The notes beneath the pieces were generated by a model, which was not told the origin of the DNA, did no database searches, and was given only the letters and a program-made list of their open reading frames with translations. Of a stretch of DNA of 64,000 nt, positions 61,252 through 64,000 are shown piece by piece. Where the stretch lies: contig JBFYMG010000025.1 in assembly GCA_041305025.1 (NCBI GenBank), positions 5,590 to 69,589 on the forward strand, given 5' to 3'. The position numbers and the translations under genes are program-made. Each line of letters begins with the position of its first letter. The first letter of the stretch is position 1. The DNA is from Thermoplasmatales archaeon (GTDB lineage Archaea; Thermoplasmatota; E2; DHVEG-1).

Positions 61252-61324
61252 GCCCCGGTAGTGTAGTGGCCTATCATGAAGCCCTGTCGAGGCTTCGACT
61301 TGGGTTCAAATCCCAGCCGGGGCG
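61252..61324 (+). tRNA. tRNA-Asp (anticodon GTC)
   Basis: Acceptor GCCCCGG/CCGGGGC, anticodon stem AAGCC/GGCTT with loop CTGTCGA, T-arm TTGGGTTCAAATCCCAG; 73 nt. Confidence 0.85.
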
Positions 61325-61415
61325 CTTATCCTTTAAAAATATAAAATCTCCATTTTGATATTTTCACACGACAAGTATAAATATTAATATAAACACATAC
61401 TATTATTAGAGTTGG

Positions 61416-63239
61416 ATGGTAATTATGAGGAGTGCTTTTGCGTTAATATTAGTAGGTATTCTATTAGTTGGTTTTACTCTTATCCAACCCATAAAAATAT
61501 GCAAGGCCTCTGGAAATACCATTTATGTTGATGATAGCGGAGGAGCAAATTACACAACCATACAAGAGGCTGTTGAAGTTGCAGAGCCAGGAGATACAAT
61601 ATATGTCTATAGCGGAACATACAATGAAAATTTTGAGATAAATAAGATTTTAACTCTCACTGGCGAAAGTAGAGAAAATACAATTATCAATGGTGCTGCA
61701 ACGGGAAATATTGTAAAAATAACTGCTAACTACGTTAACATTTCCGGATTTACAATACAAAATCCTGTTGGCAGCGAGATGAAATGCATAATGATGGATG
61801 GAGTGGCAAATTGCAAGATTACAAACAATATTATTAAAAACAGTTACGACGGAATATATCTTTTAGGCTCAAACGGAAATAGCTTGATTGGAAATACAAT
61901 AAAAGATAACGATGGATACGGCATATTTGTCTATTCATCTAGTAATAACATCTTAGAAAATAATCAAATTCAATACAATCAGCATGGTATAGGAATAGAC
62001 ACAAATAGTAATAATAACGTGATTTTTAATAACGATATAAGAGGCAAACAAGGGACTTATCCTCAAGGAATTGGCATCTATATAATAAGAGCATCCACCT
62101 CGGGAAATCTTATTTATCATAACTATCTAAATGACTTCGCTCAGAATGCTAAAGATCTAAGCACAGAAAATCTGTGGTATAAGATTTCAACAAATGAAGG
62201 AAACTATTGGGATGATTACCAAGGGGAAGATGAAAACCAAAATGGTATAGGAGATACACCATACAACATCACTGCCGATGGAAGCGTTCAAGACATACGT
62301 CCTCTTGGCTACTTTGAAGGTGTAAACCAGCCACCAGTTGCCATTATTGAATCAATTAGCCCAAATCCAACAACAGAGGGTCAAACTGTATACTTCAGTG
62401 GTCACGGAGTAGATGACGGTACAATAACAGATTTGGAATGGAAATCAAATATAGATGGTATTTTGGATGATTCCGGTAGTTTTAGTTCAACAACTTTGTC
62501 AGAGGGCACACACACCATTAGTTTCAGAGTTAAAGACAATAATGGGGTTTGGTCATCATATGTTTATAGTACTCTTGTAATAAACTCTCAGGGCGGACAG
62601 CAAAACCAGAAACCAACTGCCCAAATTGTTACAATAAGCCCTAACCCAGCTGAATATGGAACTGCGATATATTTCCATGGTGTAGGAATGGGCGATAGTA
62701 CAATTGTTGCCTATAGTTGGCGCTCCGATATAGATGACATCATAAGTGAAAGCTCAACATTTACCAAATCTGATTTATCAGCTGGAACCCATGCTATATC
62801 TTTCAAAGTAAGAGACAGTTTTGGTGAATGGTCCAGTGAAGTTTCTGAAACACTTGTTGTAAATCAAGATTCAACGCCTTCAGACGGATCACCAATTGCA
62901 GATGCTGGTGGACCATATTTAGGATACGCAAATTCAACAATATCATTTGATGGATCTGGAAGTAGCGATGATGAAGAGATTACGTACTATCTGTGGGATT
63001 TTGGTGACGAAACAACAACAATTGAAATGTCACCGACGCACACTTACACGAAGGCTGGAAATTATACGGTCACACTGACAGTAAGAGACAGTAGCGGAAA
63101 AACAGATATAGATACAACATACGCAAATATAAGTATACAAACAAACAATGGAAATAACAAAGGAACGCCTGGTTTTGAAATCATAACTTTCATTATATCA
63201 ATAACACTAATATTGTTGTGGATAAAACGTAGGCTTTAA
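61416..63239 (+). CDS. S-layer-like surface glycoprotein candidate: beta-helix domain + two Ig-like repeats + PKD domain + PGF-CTERM
   Basis: Signal peptide; NosD-like beta-helix turns; tandem about 90-aa Ig-like repeats (ISPNP...); PKD (YLWDFGDETT...YTVTLTVRDSSG). C-terminal GTPGFEIITFIISITLILLWIKRRL is PGF-CTERM. Confidence 0.65.
   Translation: MVIMRSAFALILVGILLVGFTLIQPIKICKASGNTIYVDDSGGANYTTIQEAVEVAEPGDTIYVYSGTYNENFEINKILTLTGESRENTIINGAATGNIVKITANYVNISGFTIQNPVGSEMKCIMMDGVANCKITNNIIKNSYDGIYLLGSNGNSLIGNTIKDNDGYGIFVYSSSNNILENNQIQYNQHGIGIDTNSNNNVIFNNDIRGKQGTYPQGIGIYIIRASTSGNLIYHNYLNDFAQNAKDLSTENLWYKISTNEGNYWDDYQGEDENQNGIGDTPYNITADGSVQDIRPLGYFEGVNQPPVAIIESISPNPTTEGQTVYFSGHGVDDGTITDLEWKSNIDGILDDSGSFSSTTLSEGTHTISFRVKDNNGVWSSYVYSTLVINSQGGQQNQKPTAQIVTISPNPAEYGTAIYFHGVGMGDSTIVAYSWRSDIDDIISESSTFTKSDLSAGTHAISFKVRDSFGEWSSEVSETLVVNQDSTPSDGSPIADAGGPYLGYANSTISFDGSGSSDDEEITYYLWDFGDETTTIEMSPTHTYTKAGNYTVTLTVRDSSGKTDIDTTYANISIQTNNGNNKGTPGFEIITFIISITLILLWIKRRL
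62334..62880 (+). repeat. Tandem about 270-nt duplication encoding two Ig-like domains
   Basis: Protein repeats ISPNPTTEGQTVYFSGHGVDDGTITDLEWKSNIDG... and ISPNPAEYGTAIYFHGVGMGDSTIVAYSWRSDIDD... Confidence 0.55.
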
Positions 63240-63248
63240 ACCAAAGCC

Positions 63249-64000
63249 TCAACCAATTTTCAAACTTGGATCGCCTAAAAGTGTCCACTGCTGAATAGTT
63301 TTACAATCTATGCGATCAGTATGCACAGGGAAATTTTTGGCATAGTCAATTATCACTTGAGTATGGGCTTGGCCAAGTGTTGTTTTTCCTTGAACACCAA
63401 TTTCATAGAAAAATCTTGGGTCAATCCAGCCCTGAAGGCCATTAAGCGTATACTCCCCAGGGTAAATGTAACCTAAGGCAGTATTTCCGATGACTGCAAT
63501 GGCTCCACCATTTCTTTTGCTGGCCATCCGCCAGCTCCAACACTCTGGGCTCCATTCGCCTTTCCAAAAAGCACCAAGGTAATCGTCATTAGATATGAAA
63601 AATTTCAGACGCTCTGCTCTATGATATTTAAAGAAATTTAAAAAAGTGACATTGAACTGGCTGCTATGACAACCGCCAACAACAACGATGGGGAGCATAT
63701 TTCTATTTCTCAGCCTGTACATGTTAAAAGTGTAAAGGCCGTCTACCCATGTCTCGTTATGAGGGGAAAAGGTTGACCAAACCATGGGAGTTCCATGACC
63801 TGAGAGATGAATAAAACCAGCACCCCGATTAATTTCTCGTATAAGGTCTCTTTGAATCTTTAGTGCACCCGTAGATGTCCAAAGCCTTGTGATATCAAAA
63901 CCCAAGGGTTGCATATAGCTTGCCGACAGATTAGTTTCAATCTCTCCCTCATAATAATTATCATCTGTTGGAACTGAGTCGCCTCCCACAAGTATCAATC
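63249..64000 (-). CDS. Caspase-fold cysteine peptidase-like protein (gingipain C25-like), 5'-partial; continues beyond window
   Basis: His-Gly / Cys dyad context: FIHLSGHGTPMVW and PIVVVGGCHSSQF. The reading frame is open to the window edge. Confidence 0.35.
   Translation of the reverse strand, partial: LILVGGDSVPTDDNYYEGEIETNLSASYMQPLGFDITRLWTSTGALKIQRDLIREINRGAGFIHLSGHGTPMVWSTFSPHNETWVDGLYTFNMYRLRNRNMLPIVVVGGCHSSQFNVTFLNFFKYHRAERLKFFISNDDYLGAFWKGEWSPECWSWRMASKRNGGAIAVIGNTALGYIYPGEYTLNGLQGWIDPRFFYEIGVQGKTTLGQAHTQVIIDYAKNFPVHTDRIDCKTIQQWTLLGDPSLKIG

Noticed and set aside
1-64000. CRISPR arrays, cas genes, transposases, integrases, IS inverted repeats
   Set aside because: No regularly spaced short direct repeats and no proteins with recognisable transposase, integrase or Cas motifs in any frame. 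The islands described are not bounded by identifiable mobile-element genes.

Overview
The window is a low-GC archaeal chromosome segment. The gene content points to a euryarchaeon, possibly Thermoplasmata-like: archaeal P1/P0/L1/L11 ribosomal proteins, Spt5, SecE, FtsZ, family-B DNA polymerase, TiaS, aTrm56, archaeosine TGT, a class-II HMG-CoA reductase, PGF-CTERM surface proteins and archaeal type-IV pilins. The taxonomic call is inference only.

Positions 1-34000 are mostly housekeeping genes:
- HDAC-like deacetylase and PolB.
- The rpl11/rpl1/rpl10/rpl12 cluster with spt5-secE-ftsZ, interrupted by a 3.4 kb block carrying an XRE-type regulator, tiaS, tRNA-Gly and a PHP phosphoesterase.
- nadC/nadX, arcTGT, hmgA, pyrBI, rtcB, a PAC2-family protein, phosphopantothenate synthetase and aspS.
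- Four tRNAs: Gly-GCC, Leu-GAG, Val-CAC and Asp-GTC.
- A small ferredoxin absent from the ORF track, an aTrm56+HD operon, Hsp20+dnaJ and a prepilin peptidase.

Positions 34000-64000 are accessory, cell-surface-oriented DNA:
- An AbiEi/AbiEii pair.
- A strongly AT-rich ~14 kb glycosylation island flanked by beta-helix surface proteins (one PGF-CTERM). It carries an N-acetyl-sugar amidotransferase, three GT4 and one GT2 glycosyltransferases, a sulfotransferase, a methyltransferase, a Wzx flippase and a 1123-aa GT-C enzyme fused to repeat and PKD domains.
- An archaeal type-IV-pilus-like locus: pilin, a KE-rich coiled-coil protein, a FlaI/PilB ATPase, two T2SSF membrane ORFs, a LamG-containing pilin-like adhesin and a DUF11-like surface protein.
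- An S-layer-like beta-helix/PKD/PGF-CTERM protein and a partial caspase-fold cysteine peptidase at the window edge.

The most unusual observations:
1. A free-standing, near-perfect copy of the 58-nt 23S rRNA GTPase-associated-centre (L11/L10-binding) domain at 734-791, in an intergenic spacer.
2. Three independent places (tiaS start, hmgA start, the FlaJ-like split) where adding a single A to an A-homopolymer restores a canonical full-length gene. This suggests systematic homopolymer undercalling in the assembly, or unusual recoding.

No CRISPR arrays, transposases or integrases were seen.
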